63,678 nt of DNA from Elusimicrobiota bacterium (GCA_041694815.1 JBGFSC010000028.1:1-63678), one strand, 5' to 3'. Positions 38,987-48,878 are shown, counted from the stretch's first letter. Numbers and translations: made by a program. The notes: generated by a model from the sequence alone, not told the origin.

Positions 38987-41686
38987 ATGCCGGAAGAAGG
39001 CGAAAAGCCGCAGATCGACCTGAGCCAGGTCGACGAGCTCAATAATATCGACACGGCCCGCATGGCGCTGCGCTGGGCGCTGGAGCGGCTTGGGTCGCTG
39101 GAAAAGGCCAAGCAGGAGCTGGCCGAGCACGTCGCCCGGGAGATCCAAGGGCGGAGCAAGGCCGAGGAGGAGTCGGGCCGGCTTAAGGAGGCGCTCGCGC
39201 TACGCCTGGCCCAGGCCCAGGAGCGCGAGGAGTATTACTCCCGCATCGAGGGCTTCCTGGCCCTGCGGCTCTCGGGGAAACTCGACCTGGCCGCCCTAGC
39301 CAAGCGCGAGCAGGACTTAGAACGCCTCGAGCAATTCCTCGAACGCCGGCAGGCCCAGCTCGAAGACGAGGCGGCTGCCGAGCGGCGCAAGATCCAGGAG
39401 GAGCGCGCCCGCCTGGCCGGCCAATGGAGCGAGGAGGCCGAGGAGGCCCGGCGGGCCTTGGCGAACCGCCGCGAGCAGTTCGAAAAGGAGCAGGCGTCGG
39501 CCCTACTGGCCCTGGGGGAGCGCGCGCGGCGACTGGAGCGCCAGGAAAAGGATCTCGACAACCGGCAAAAACGCTTCGAGGAATACCTCGCCGCCGAAAA
39601 CCACCGCATCGAAAGCGAGCAAAAAAATATCCGGGACCGCGCCGAGCAGTCCCTTCGCCTTCGCGAGGAGACGGCGGAAAAATGGGTGCGCGAGCGCCTC
39701 GCCGCCGCCGAGGCGTCCTGGCGCCAGGAGCGGGCCCTGCTCAAGGCCGAGATCGAGGAGCTCCGCCGCAAGGGACTTGAGGAGATGCCGCGGGTGCTCG
39801 AGGCGGAAAGGACATCCGCCGAGTCGGAACAAACCTTGGCCCGGGCCCTCCAGGCACAGACCCGTGCCGAGCAGGAAAAGCGGCTCGCGGAGCTCGAAAA
39901 GGAAGGCTGGGCCGCTCGCGCGCAGGACCTTCAAAAGAGGCTCGAGGCGCGGATCGTTCAAGTGCGAGACCTCGAGCAGCGGCTTTCGATGGCGCAGGCG
40001 CAGTCCCAGCAAGCGCAGGACACGCTCGAGGCCCAGCGGGTAGTTCTCCAGGAAAAGGAGCGCGCGCTCGAGCGCGAGAAGACCGCCTGGCGGCTGGAGG
40101 AATTGCAGAAGAGCCTGCCGCAGAAGTTAAGCGAGCTCGAGGCCCAATGGCGCGGCAGGCTGGAAGAGGCTCAGAACCGCTGGGCCGCCGAGAAGCAAGC
40201 CATCCTCGATCAGCAGGGCGCCTCGGAACGCCTGCGGGCCTCGGAGGTCCAGCAGTGGCGCGAGAAGGCCAACGAGGAATCCTCCAAGGCCTTCGCCCTC
40301 GACAAGCAGTGGATGGAAGCCCTCGAGGAGTCTCGCCGCCAACGGGAGCGGGCCGAGGCCGCGGAGGCGCGCTCGCGGGAGGTCGCCGAGAGGGAACGCT
40401 CGACCCTCGAAGACCTCCGCCAAAAATCGGAAGAGCGCCAGCGCGAGTCGGCACGGCGCATCGCGGAGCTCGAAGGACAGCTCCAAGCCGAGCGCCAGAA
40501 GGCGGCGGAAACCCTTAGCCTCCGCCAGCGGGAATGGCTCGCGCAACGCGAAAGCGAGCAGAACGCCCTGCGCCAGGAGGAGCTCGCGGTGCAGGCTTCC
40601 TCCGCGCGGGAGCTCTCGGATCTTCGCCGGCGTCTCGAGCAGGCCGAGTCATCTTTGGCGGAGGCCAAGAAGCTTCAGGCCCAGGCTGAGGCCGCGCGCC
40701 AGGAGGCCGAGGAAAAGGCGGCGCTGCAGGGACGGCTACGGCGGGAGACGGAAAGCAACGAGCAGGCCCTGGCCGCGCGCCTGCAGGGCTCCTGGCGCCA
40801 AGAAAAGGAAGGGTTCTTGCGGGCTCTCACCGAGCGGGAGAAGACCATACGTGAGCTGCAGGAGAAGCTCCACGCCGCCGGGGATTCGCTGGTGGCGGCC
40901 TCGCTCAAGGGAGAGGCCGCCCTCGAGTCGTTGCGCTCAAAAATGAACGCCGATTTCGAGGCGGCCTGGAAAACCGCCCGCCAGCAGCAAGAGGAGTTGC
41001 AGGGAAGGCTGGGCCAGGAGACGGCCAGGAACCTCGAGCTGGAAAAACGCCTCAAGGACGCCAAACCCTTGGAGCAGAGGCTCGAAAGCGCCCTATCTGA
41101 GATCGCCCGGCTCCGCGAGGCCCTCGATGCCCGTGAGAAATCCCTCTTGCCGCGCGAGGAGGCCGTCGGCGCGCGCCTGGAGGAGTGGCGGCGCAAGACG
41201 GAACTCTGGGGGGACAAACTCGTCTCTTTGGAGAAGGCCCTGGATCGGGCTCTCGAGCAGACGCGCGTGCAGGCGCGCGCGTTGCAGGAAGAGCGCGCAC
41301 GGCGGCTGGAGGCCGAGAAAAAATTCTCTTTGAATCTCAGCGTCCCCCAGGGGCACTGGCTGCGCGAATACGAGGCCATGGCGGAGAAACTGGCCCAGCG
41401 CGAGCGGGCCGCGGAGGAGGCGATTTCCAGGGTCCGCGGCTTCGATGAAATGAGGGCGCATCTGGAGCAGTCCTCACAGAGAAGGGAAGACGAGATCCGA
41501 CGGCTGGCGGCCGAGGGCGCCTCATTGCGCGAAGAGCTCAAGGCCGCGCGTGAAGCGCTGGCCGCGGAAGAAGAGCGCCGAAAGAACGCGGAATCCAAGC
41601 TCGCGCAGGGACTGCAGCAGGCCAAGCGCGTCGTCGACGAGATGCGCCGCAAGATGCTTGAACGCCTCCGCCAACTCCGCCCCTAG
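38987..41686 (+). CDS. 899-aa coiled-coil protein of unknown function
   Basis: E/R/A/L/Q/K-rich heptads end to end, no TM or NTPase motif; TTGATT-17-TAAATT promoter. Confidence 0.85.
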   Translation: MPEEGEKPQIDLSQVDELNNIDTARMALRWALERLGSLEKAKQELAEHVAREIQGRSKAEEESGRLKEALALRLAQAQEREEYYSRIEGFLALRLSGKLDLAALAKREQDLERLEQFLERRQAQLEDEAAAERRKIQEERARLAGQWSEEAEEARRALANRREQFEKEQASALLALGERARRLERQEKDLDNRQKRFEEYLAAENHRIESEQKNIRDRAEQSLRLREETAEKWVRERLAAAEASWRQERALLKAEIEELRRKGLEEMPRVLEAERTSAESEQTLARALQAQTRAEQEKRLAELEKEGWAARAQDLQKRLEARIVQVRDLEQRLSMAQAQSQQAQDTLEAQRVVLQEKERALEREKTAWRLEELQKSLPQKLSELEAQWRGRLEEAQNRWAAEKQAILDQQGASERLRASEVQQWREKANEESSKAFALDKQWMEALEESRRQRERAEAAEARSREVAERERSTLEDLRQKSEERQRESARRIAELEGQLQAERQKAAETLSLRQREWLAQRESEQNALRQEELAVQASSARELSDLRRRLEQAESSLAEAKKLQAQAEAARQEAEEKAALQGRLRRETESNEQALAARLQGSWRQEKEGFLRALTEREKTIRELQEKLHAAGDSLVAASLKGEAALESLRSKMNADFEAAWKTARQQQEELQGRLGQETARNLELEKRLKDAKPLEQRLESALSEIARLREALDAREKSLLPREEAVGARLEEWRRKTELWGDKLVSLEKALDRALEQTRVQARALQEERARRLEAEKKFSLNLSVPQGHWLREYEAMAEKLAQRERAAEEAISRVRGFDEMRAHLEQSSQRREDEIRRLAAEGASLREELKAAREALAAEEERRKNAESKLAQGLQQAKRVVDEMRRKMLERLRQLRP

Positions 41687-41767
41687 GTGCCAGGCATCCA
41701 CTTTCTACACTTTCTCAACTTTCTCCAAAGAATCTCAACAAAGTGGAGAAAGTGGATGCCTGGCACC
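41686..41767. repeat. Palindromic intergenic repeat, copy 4, filling the whole gap between convergent genes
   Basis: TA-GGTGCCAGGCATCC...GGATGCCTGGCACC-TA; both TAG stops overlap the element ends. Confidence 0.95.
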
Positions 41768-43764
41768 TAAAATAGATCGTAAGGATCGACGTTGACCTGA
41801 AGGCGGATGCCGGAGGGGGGCTTTTCGGACCTCACCCCCTCGAGTAAAGCCTCCAAGCGCTCCTTACAGCGTATCTTGAGGATCAGATGGTGGCGGAAAC
41901 GCCCCCGCAATTTCTGGTGCACGCTGGGCGCCGGGCCGATCATCTCCCCGTCCCCGGAGCCCAGCAGGGACTTAAACCGTTCCGCCGCCGCTTCGGCCGC
42001 CTTCTGCACGGCCCCTTCCTTCGTCCCGGAGAGCAGCACCCGCACGAGCGTCGAGGCCGGGGGGTAGTCGAGCTCGCGGCGGAGCTCCATCTCCTTGCGT
42101 GCGAAGTCGAGGTATTCCCCGCGCAGCGTCGCCTCGATGGCGTAGTGCCCCTCGCTGGCGCTTTGAAGCAGCACCTCGCCCGGCTTCTCGGCCCTGCCCG
42201 CCCGCCCCGCGACCTGCACGAGTAGTTGGAGGGTGCGCTCGGCCGCCCGGAAATCCGGCATGTGCAGCATGCCGTCGGCGTCGACCACGCCGACCAGGGT
42301 AACGTTGGGGAAGTGGAAGCCCTTGGCCACCAGCTTGGTGCCCACCAGGATGTCGGCCGCGCCGGATTGGAAACGGTCGTAGATCCGCTCCTCGGCGACG
42401 GCCGGCCGCTCCTTTGAGACGGTGTCCCGGTCCATCCGCAATATTTTGGCGCCCCGCGCCAGCGAGCGGAGCTCGGCGACGACCTTCTGCGTGCCGGCTC
42501 CGCCATAGGCTAGAGCCGGGGCGCGACAGCCGCCGCAAGCCAAAGGGGCCTCCGCGCCCCTGCCGCAATGATGGCATAAGAGGTCGAAGAGTCCCGAGCC
42601 CTCCTGCCGGGCGTGGAGCACGAACGCGATGGCGCACGCCGGGCAGCGGGGGACCCACCCGCATTTGCGGCAGAGCACGTAATTCGAGAAGCCGCGGCGG
42701 TTGACGAGCAGTATGGCCTGCTCCCGCTTGGCGAGGCGGTCCTTGAGCGCCGCCAAAAGATCGTCGGAAAGGCAGCGCCCCGGCGGCGGCGCCGACCGGG
42801 CGATACGCACGACGGGTGGCGTCGAACGCGCGACCCGCTCGGGCATGCGCAGCATCTCGAGGATTCCCGACTGCACCGCGGCCAGGGTCTCCATGCTCGG
42901 CGTAGCGCTCCCGAGCACCAGCACCGCGTCGAGGCGCCGGGCGCGCTCGAAGAGCACGTCGCGGGTATGGTAGAGCGGGGCCTTCCCCTCCTGCTTGTAG
43001 GAGTCGTCCTGCTCCTCATCCATGACGGCCAGGCGCAATTCCTTAAACGGCAGCAGGCACGCCGAACGCGCTCCCACCACGACGCGGACGCGGCCCTCGC
43101 GCAAGCCGAGCCACACCTCGCGGCGCCTGGCGTCCGGCAATTGGCTATGCCACAACGCCACGGGAAAGCCCGCGCGGGAGGAGAAATCGTCGAAAAAGGG
43201 GCGGGTGAGCGATATCTCCGGAACCAGGAACAGGGCCTGCCCGCCCGCGGCGATGGCCTCGCGGATGAGGCGTAGATAGACCTCCGTCTTCCCGGAAGCT
43301 GGGACGCCAAAGAGAAGCGCGGAGAAGAAGCGCCGCCGAGCGAGCACCTCGCCGAGGCGGGCTACGGCCGCGGCCTGTCCCGGGGTTAGCTCGAATCCGC
43401 CCGCGGCGGCGGCGGCCGGCGCGGGAAAAGCCGGCCCGGCCGTCGCGCCCGGCTTGACATAGGCCGGCAGCAAGGCCTTGAAGCACTCTCCCGGAGGAGC
43501 GCAGGTCCGCCGCGCGAGCCAATCGGCTAGGGCGAGCATCTCGGCAGAGAGCAGCGGCTCGGAGTCGAGGGGGCTCTCGATGGGCTTGAGCTCGCGTCCG
43601 GGCTCCCCTTCGCGGACCGAGACGACGACCCCGGCCACCCGGCGCGGCCCGAACGGCACCCGGACCCGCATGCCCGGGCGTACGCGCTCCTTAAGCGCGT
43701 CGGGGATCTCGTAATCGAAAAGCTGGTGGAGGGGGGCCGGACAGGCCAGTTCGGCGATCCTCAT
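41767..43764 (-). CDS. priA: Primosomal protein N' (PriA helicase)
   Basis: PGMRVRVPFG, SGKTEVY, DEEQD, four CxxC, KGFHFPNVTLV, QVAGRAGR. Confidence 0.95.
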   Translation of the reverse strand: MRIAELACPAPLHQLFDYEIPDALKERVRPGMRVRVPFGPRRVAGVVVSVREGEPGRELKPIESPLDSEPLLSAEMLALADWLARRTCAPPGECFKALLPAYVKPGATAGPAFPAPAAAAAGGFELTPGQAAAVARLGEVLARRRFFSALLFGVPASGKTEVYLRLIREAIAAGGQALFLVPEISLTRPFFDDFSSRAGFPVALWHSQLPDARRREVWLGLREGRVRVVVGARSACLLPFKELRLAVMDEEQDDSYKQEGKAPLYHTRDVLFERARRLDAVLVLGSATPSMETLAAVQSGILEMLRMPERVARSTPPVVRIARSAPPPGRCLSDDLLAALKDRLAKREQAILLVNRRGFSNYVLCRKCGWVPRCPACAIAFVLHARQEGSGLFDLLCHHCGRGAEAPLACGGCRAPALAYGGAGTQKVVAELRSLARGAKILRMDRDTVSKERPAVAEERIYDRFQSGAADILVGTKLVAKGFHFPNVTLVGVVDADGMLHMPDFRAAERTLQLLVQVAGRAGRAEKPGEVLLQSASEGHYAIEATLRGEYLDFARKEMELRRELDYPPASTLVRVLLSGTKEGAVQKAAEAAAERFKSLLGSGDGEMIGPAPSVHQKLRGRFRHHLILKIRCKERLEALLEGVRSEKPPSGIRLQVNVDPYDLF

Positions 43765-43773
43765 CGGAACAGG

Positions 43774-44427
43774 TTACTTTGTGCCCGTGAATATGAAATG
43801 CGGCGGGAGGTTGCGCGGCTCGAAATCGATGTCCACATCGTCGAAATGATACTTCATAAGGGGGACCAGGTGGGTCGTGAACTGGTAGGCGATGAACCGC
43901 CCGCCGGGCTTGAGCAGATCCGCGGTCTTATGGAGCAGCGCATGGCGCTCCACCGGCTTGAGGAAGCTGAAGGGGATGCCGGATACGATCGCATCGGCCG
44001 GGGGCAGGGAGAGGGGAGCCACGAGCTCGTCGATCTCGGTGACGCTGCCGCGGATCACCTTGAGCCGGGGGTCCTCCAGCTTCGAGAGGGAAGCGGTGAA
44101 ATCCTCGTTGAGCTCCACGGCGACGAGGATGCCGTCGACCGGCAGGCGCTTGAGTATCTCCCGGGTGATCACCCCCTCGGCCGGCCCGTACTCGATGACG
44201 ACCTTCGCCGAGCGCTCCATGCGCGCGATCACACGGCGGATGACGAATTTCGTGCTCGGCGCGATCGAGGCGACCTTCGGGTCCTTCAGGAAGGCCTCGA
44301 TGTAGGAAAAGGGATTCCTCCTGGCGCCGGGCCCTTTCTTTCCCCTCAGGCCTCCCCGGAGCGCCTTCTCGATGCCGCTCTCGATGAGCGCCTCGATCCG
44401 GTCGAAAAAATCGCGACCCGCCTTCAT
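43774..44427 (-). CDS. Class I SAM methyltransferase, phospholipid N-methyltransferase (PmtA)-like
   Basis: VASIAPST, VIEYGPAEG, IVSGIPF, RNLPP. Confidence 0.75.
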   Translation of the reverse strand: MKAGRDFFDRIEALIESGIEKALRGGLRGKKGPGARRNPFSYIEAFLKDPKVASIAPSTKFVIRRVIARMERSAKVVIEYGPAEGVITREILKRLPVDGILVAVELNEDFTASLSKLEDPRLKVIRGSVTEIDELVAPLSLPPADAIVSGIPFSFLKPVERHALLHKTADLLKPGGRFIAYQFTTHLVPLMKYHFDDVDIDFEPRNLPPHFIFTGTK

Positions 44428-45149
44428 GAGCCCTGCAGCTCGCGGCGGAGGTTCTTCATGTCGGTCCACACGTCGCGCTTCAAGTTGGGGTTGCGCAAGA
44501 GCGCGGCCGGATGGTAGGTCGGCAGCAGGCGGATCGGCGGCTCTCCGGCGCCCGCCCGGTATTCGCGCCAGAGTCCGCGGATCTTGGAGATGCCGATCTC
44601 CTCGCCGAGGAGGACCTTGGCGGCGACCGACCCGAGGGTGACGATCACGCGCGGGGCGATCACGCGTATCTGGGCGTCGAGATAGGGTCGGCAGGCCGCG
44701 ATCTCATCGGGGCTCGGGGGGCGGTCGTTGCCGTGCCTCTCGGGATCCTCCGGATGGACCATCGGATGGCATTTAACGATGTTGGCGATGTAGACCGTCT
44801 GCCGGGAAAGCCCGATCGACTTAAGTATGTCGTCGAGGAGCTTGCCGGAGCGGCCGACGAAGGGCTCGCCCTCGTGGTCCTCCTGGAAGCCCGGGCCCTC
44901 CCCGACGAAAAGCACCTGCGCCTGCGGCGAGCCGACGCCGAAAACGGCCTTGAGCCTGGAATGGCCCAAAGGGCATTTGCGGCAGGAATCGACTTCCTTG
45001 GCCAGCGCGGCCAATTCAGAGGCCTTTGCCGGTATGCTTCCCGTGGCCGGGAAAGGAGAGGGCGTGGAGGAGGGGAGGAAATCCCCTGGAGCCTTCTCAA
45101 GGCGGACACGGAGGGTGGAGGCCAGCGAGAGCAGTTCGTCGCGGCTCAA
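44424..45149 (-). CDS. Uracil-DNA glycosylase family 4
   Basis: CRKCPL, GEGPG, PFVGRSG, NIVKC, TYHPAALLR. Confidence 0.93.
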   Translation of the reverse strand: MSRDELLSLASTLRVRLEKAPGDFLPSSTPSPFPATGSIPAKASELAALAKEVDSCRKCPLGHSRLKAVFGVGSPQAQVLFVGEGPGFQEDHEGEPFVGRSGKLLDDILKSIGLSRQTVYIANIVKCHPMVHPEDPERHGNDRPPSPDEIAACRPYLDAQIRVIAPRVIVTLGSVAAKVLLGEEIGISKIRGLWREYRAGAGEPPIRLLPTYHPAALLRNPNLKRDVWTDMKNLRRELQGS

Positions 45150-45817
45150 AGCAGCGCCTCGACCCGGCGCAGTATCTCCTCGGCCAGCTTGGGTTTGGGC
45201 ATGCGCGAGAGGCGGTGCGCGTTCCCCTTGCGGTCGATCAAGGCGACGCGCGACTCGTTCATCCCGAGGGAATCCGGACGATTGGCGACGATAAGGTCCA
45301 ATCCCTTGCGGCGGAGCTTTTCTTTGGCATTCGACAGCCAGCGCGTGGTCTCCAACGCGAAGCCCACCACGACGGCCGGCCTTCCCGCCCGGGCGCCGCG
45401 CCGGCGGGCCACGTCGGCGATGATATCGGGGTTGGGAGTCAGGGTCAGGCGCAGGGCGCCGCCCAGTTTCTTTATTTTCTTGGAGGAGATATCCGCGAAT
45501 TTCCAGTCGCCCACGGCGGCGGCCCCGATGAAGACGTCGGCTTTGCGGCAGCGCGACATCACGGCCCGGTGCATCTGCTCCGCGGAAACGATGGGCACCA
45601 CCTCCACGCCCCAGGGGCTCGTGATGCGGCAGGGACCGCTGACGAGCACCACCTTAGCACCCCGGAATTTAGCCGCCTTGGCGAGGGCGTAGCCCATCAT
45701 ACCGCTGGAGGCGTTCGTCATGAAGCGGATGGGGTCGAGGTATTCGCGCGTGGGACCCGCGGTGATGAGCACGGTCTTGCCCTTGAGGGGACTGCCGTTG
45801 GAGGCGGAGGGGATCAT
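45146..45817 (-). CDS. coaB: Phosphopantothenate--cysteine ligase CoaB (stand-alone)
   Basis: LITAGPTREYLDPIRFMTNASSG, AAAVGD, VGFALET. Confidence 0.9.
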   Translation of the reverse strand: MIPSASNGSPLKGKTVLITAGPTREYLDPIRFMTNASSGMMGYALAKAAKFRGAKVVLVSGPCRITSPWGVEVVPIVSAEQMHRAVMSRCRKADVFIGAAAVGDWKFADISSKKIKKLGGALRLTLTPNPDIIADVARRRGARAGRPAVVVGFALETTRWLSNAKEKLRRKGLDLIVANRPDSLGMNESRVALIDRKGNAHRLSRMPKPKLAEEILRRVEALL

Positions 45818-46350
45818 GCCAGCGCCTTGGCGACGATCTCCCGAGGATCCAAAAGGCGACCCATCCCGACGCGCCCGCTCGCCAAGGGGCCTTCGACCGG
45901 ACCCCAGAAAGAGTAGCCGAAACCCTTGAGCCGCGACACGTTGTCGCGCGTCGCCCGGTGCTCCCACATCTCCGTATCCATTGCCGGGCAAAGGGCTACC
46001 GGGGATTTGCTCGCCAGGATCGTCGCCTCCAGCAGCCCGCCGGAGCGGCCGCCCGCCAGCCGCGCCATGAAATCGGCCGTCGCCGGCGCCACTACGATCC
46101 GCCCCGCCCACGAAGCCAAGCTCAAATGGGCCATCTCCCAGAGGGCCGGGTCGAAAGGGTCTTGGTACACGGGCCCGCGCGCAAGCGCGCTCAGGGTGAG
46201 TGGGGTTACGAAGCGGGAGGCCGAGGGGGTGAGTACGACCTTGACCTCGGCGCCGCCCCGCGTGAGCCCGCGGACGAGCTCGCAGGCCTTGTAGGCCGCG
46301 ATGGAGCCGCAGACGCCCAGAACGATCCTCCTCCCCTTTTTTCGGGCCAC
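45814..46350 (-). CDS. coaC: Phosphopantothenoylcysteine decarboxylase CoaC (stand-alone)
   Basis: GSIAAYKA, APATAD, PAMDTEMW. Confidence 0.9.
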   Translation of the reverse strand: MARKKGRRIVLGVCGSIAAYKACELVRGLTRGGAEVKVVLTPSASRFVTPLTLSALARGPVYQDPFDPALWEMAHLSLASWAGRIVVAPATADFMARLAGGRSGGLLEATILASKSPVALCPAMDTEMWEHRATRDNVSRLKGFGYSFWGPVEGPLASGRVGMGRLLDPREIVAKALA

Positions 46351-46357
46351 CGCGGCG

Positions 46358-46645
46358 CTACTTCTTCTTTTCCTTCTCGGCGCCGTTGGACTCCGCGGGG
46401 GCCTCCGAGGCGTCCTGCGCCGCCTGCGCCTTGATCTGCTCGGGGCTCACTTCCCCGCCTAGGACTTGGCGCATGGCGATCTCGAGTATGTCGGTCTGAT
46501 TGAGGTGGCGGAACTCCTCGCGGCGGCGCAAGGAGAGGGCCCAGGAGGAGATCAAGGGGACCACGTGGTATTTTCCCTCGGACTTGTCTAGGATGAGATT
46601 CTCGAGAGTCTTCTCCTGCGCTTCTTCGGTCTTTTTTTTCGCCAT
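46358..46645 (-). CDS. rpoZ: Probable RNA polymerase omega subunit (divergent)
   Basis: gmk-X-coaBC synteny; KYHVV...IAMRQVLGGEV resembles the omega pattern. Confidence 0.6.
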   Translation of the reverse strand: MAKKKTEEAQEKTLENLILDKSEGKYHVVPLISSWALSLRRREEFRHLNQTDILEIAMRQVLGGEVSPEQIKAQAAQDASEAPAESNGAEKEKKK

Positions 46646-46656
46646 GGATATCTCCG

Positions 46657-47277
46657 TCAATGGTGGCGACCTAAACTCAACTCGGCGATGTCGAGATGGT
46701 TTAAGTCATGCCGGATCACCTTGAGCTTCTCGGCCGTGATAATCGCTTCGATATGCTCGAGGGCGTCGCTTAAATCGTCGTTGACGACCATATACTCGTA
46801 GTGCTTGGCCTGGTGCAGCTCCTCGCGGGCGCTGGCCAGGCGCCGTTCGGCCTCCTTGGGGTCCTGGCGGCGCTCCCTTAAGCGCTCGCGCAGCGAGCGC
46901 CAAGACGGTGGGACCAGGAAGATGGCCGTGGTGTGGGGCCGCTTACGGCGAATGGCGTTGGCGCCCTGCACGTCGATGGCCAGGATCACCACGTTTCCCT
47001 CCGCGATCTGCTCATCGAGGAAACGCTTGGGCGTGCCGTAATACTGGCCGTGGACGATCGCCCATTCCAGGAACTCGTCCCGATGGATCTTGCGTTTGAA
47101 CTCCTCGTGGGTCAGGAAATAATAGTCCCTGCCGTGCTTCTCGCCGGGGCGGGGATCGCGGGTGGTGCAGGAGATGGAGTAGCGGAGGCTCTTGTCACGG
47201 GCCAGCAGCTTGCGGCAAATCGTCGACTTGCCCGTCCCGGAGGGGGCGGAGATAATGACGGCGAATCCTCGGCTCAT
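46657..47277 (-). CDS. gmk: Guanylate kinase
   Basis: SAPSGTGKST, SCTTRDPRPGE, YYGTP, IDVQGA. Confidence 0.96.
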   Translation of the reverse strand: MSRGFAVIISAPSGTGKSTICRKLLARDKSLRYSISCTTRDPRPGEKHGRDYYFLTHEEFKRKIHRDEFLEWAIVHGQYYGTPKRFLDEQIAEGNVVILAIDVQGANAIRRKRPHTTAIFLVPPSWRSLRERLRERRQDPKEAERRLASAREELHQAKHYEYMVVNDDLSDALEHIEAIITAEKLKVIRHDLNHLDIAELSLGRHH

Positions 47278-47320
47278 GAAGGGATTTATGGAGTGTATCA
47301 AAATAGGGTATCATAGGGCA

Positions 47321-47617
47321 ATGAACGCCCCAGACCCCCAAATCCAGATCGAAATCGACGAACCGACCGCCCGCGGGATCTACACGAATCTGGCGTTGAT
47401 CAGCCATTCCGAGACCGAGTTCCTGCTCGACTTCATTTTCCTGCAGCCCCAGAACCCGAAGAACAAGGTCTTGGCGAGGATCGTGTCCTCCCCGGCACAC
47501 GTCAAGCGCCTGCTATGGGCCCTTAAGGACAACATCGAAAAATATGAGGCCCGCTTCGGCCCCATCCGCGCTTCGACACCCGAGTCGCCCGTCAAGCCGG
47601 AAGGGTACTATCAGTAG
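47321..47617 (+). CDS. DUF3467-like small protein
   Basis: GIYTNLALISHSETEFLLDF..RIVSSPAHVKRL..NIEKYEARFG. Confidence 0.8.
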   Translation: MNAPDPQIQIEIDEPTARGIYTNLALISHSETEFLLDFIFLQPQNPKNKVLARIVSSPAHVKRLLWALKDNIEKYEARFGPIRASTPESPVKPEGYYQ

Positions 47618-48878
47618 CCCCCGCGTCGAGACGCTCGGCGTCGGAACGGAGCTGCTCTCGGGCAAGGTCAATACCCATGCGGCCTACCTCGCCCGAGTCC
47701 TGGGCGGCGCCGGGCTCCGCTTATCGCGCGCCTGCTGCCTCCAAGACTCGGTGTCGGAGATCCGCCAAGCCGTTTCCTCCGCCTTATCCCGCTCCGATAT
47801 CGTGCTCGTCACCGGCGGCCTCGGCCCAACCTTCGACGATTTGACCCGCGAGGGGGTGGCCGCGGCCCTTGGCTCGAGGCTTGAGTACCGGCCGCGGCTC
47901 TACGCCCGCATCCGCCGGAAATTCCGCGCCTACCGCCACCGTCGCGTGCCCTCGGAAAACCGGCGCCAAGCCTTCGTGCTGACCGGCGCGCGGGTGCTGC
48001 CCAACCGATTCGGCTCCGCGCCGGGCCAAATGCTGGAATGGGGAAAGAAACTGCTTTTCCTGCTCCCCGGTCCGCCGCCGGAGCTCTACCCGATGATGGA
48101 GCACTCGGTGTTGCCCCGGCTCAAGGAACGCTTCGGGCGCGGACGGGTGCTCCGCCGCGGAGTCCTGCATTTGTGCGGGATATCCGAATCGGCGGCCGAC
48201 GAGCGCCTTGCCTCGCTCTACCGCACGGCGAAAGGCGCTGGCGGCGGCCTCGACTTCACGATACTCTCGGAGCCGGGCTTGGTGGACCTGCATATGACCG
48301 CCTTGGGCAGGAGCCCGAAGGCCGCCGCCCGGCTCTTATCGAAGGCCAAAAACGCCGCCGCCTCGCTGCTCGACGGCTACGTCTTCGGCGAGGACGAGCA
48401 GAGCCTAGAATCGGCGGTCGGCGAGCGTTTAAGTCGGCGGGGCCAGACGCTCGCGCTGGCCGAATCCTGCACGGGAGGGCTTCTCTCTCAAAAATTGACC
48501 TCGGTGCCGGGAAGCTCCCGCTATTTCCTCGGCGGCTCCGTGTGCTACGCCGATTCCGCGAAGACGCGCGAACTCGAGGTGCCGCAGTCCCTGCTGCGCC
48601 GCCATGGCGCGGTTTCCGCGCCCTGCGCCAAGGCGATGGCCGAAGGGATCCGGCGCCTTTGGCACTCTGACTGGGCGGTCTCGATCACCGGAATCGCGGG
48701 GCCGGGAGGGGGAACGAAGGCCAAGCCTGTCGGGACCGTCTTCATCGCCGTCGCCGGCCCGAAACGGGGCGCCCGGGCCTTCGAATTCCTATTCCCGGGA
48801 AGCCGCGAGCAGATCCGAAGCCGTGCGGCGATCACGGCCTTGACCCTGCTTTGGCGCCGCTTGGTCGACAGGCCCTAA
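47544..48878 (+). CDS. cinA: CinA / NMN amidohydrolase PncC fusion (start uncertain)
   Basis: VGTELLSG, TGGLGPTFDDLTRE, AESCTGG, ITGIAGPGGG. Confidence 0.92.
   Translation: MRPASAPSALRHPSRPSSRKGTISSPRVETLGVGTELLSGKVNTHAAYLARVLGGAGLRLSRACCLQDSVSEIRQAVSSALSRSDIVLVTGGLGPTFDDLTREGVAAALGSRLEYRPRLYARIRRKFRAYRHRRVPSENRRQAFVLTGARVLPNRFGSAPGQMLEWGKKLLFLLPGPPPELYPMMEHSVLPRLKERFGRGRVLRRGVLHLCGISESAADERLASLYRTAKGAGGGLDFTILSEPGLVDLHMTALGRSPKAAARLLSKAKNAAASLLDGYVFGEDEQSLESAVGERLSRRGQTLALAESCTGGLLSQKLTSVPGSSRYFLGGSVCYADSAKTRELEVPQSLLRRHGAVSAPCAKAMAEGIRRLWHSDWAVSITGIAGPGGGTKAKPVGTVFIAVAGPKRGARAFEFLFPGSREQIRSRAAITALTLLWRRLVDRP

Noticed and set aside
38987..41686. SMC/SbcC annotation for the coiled-coil protein
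   Set aside because: No Walker A/B, signature or hinge motifs.
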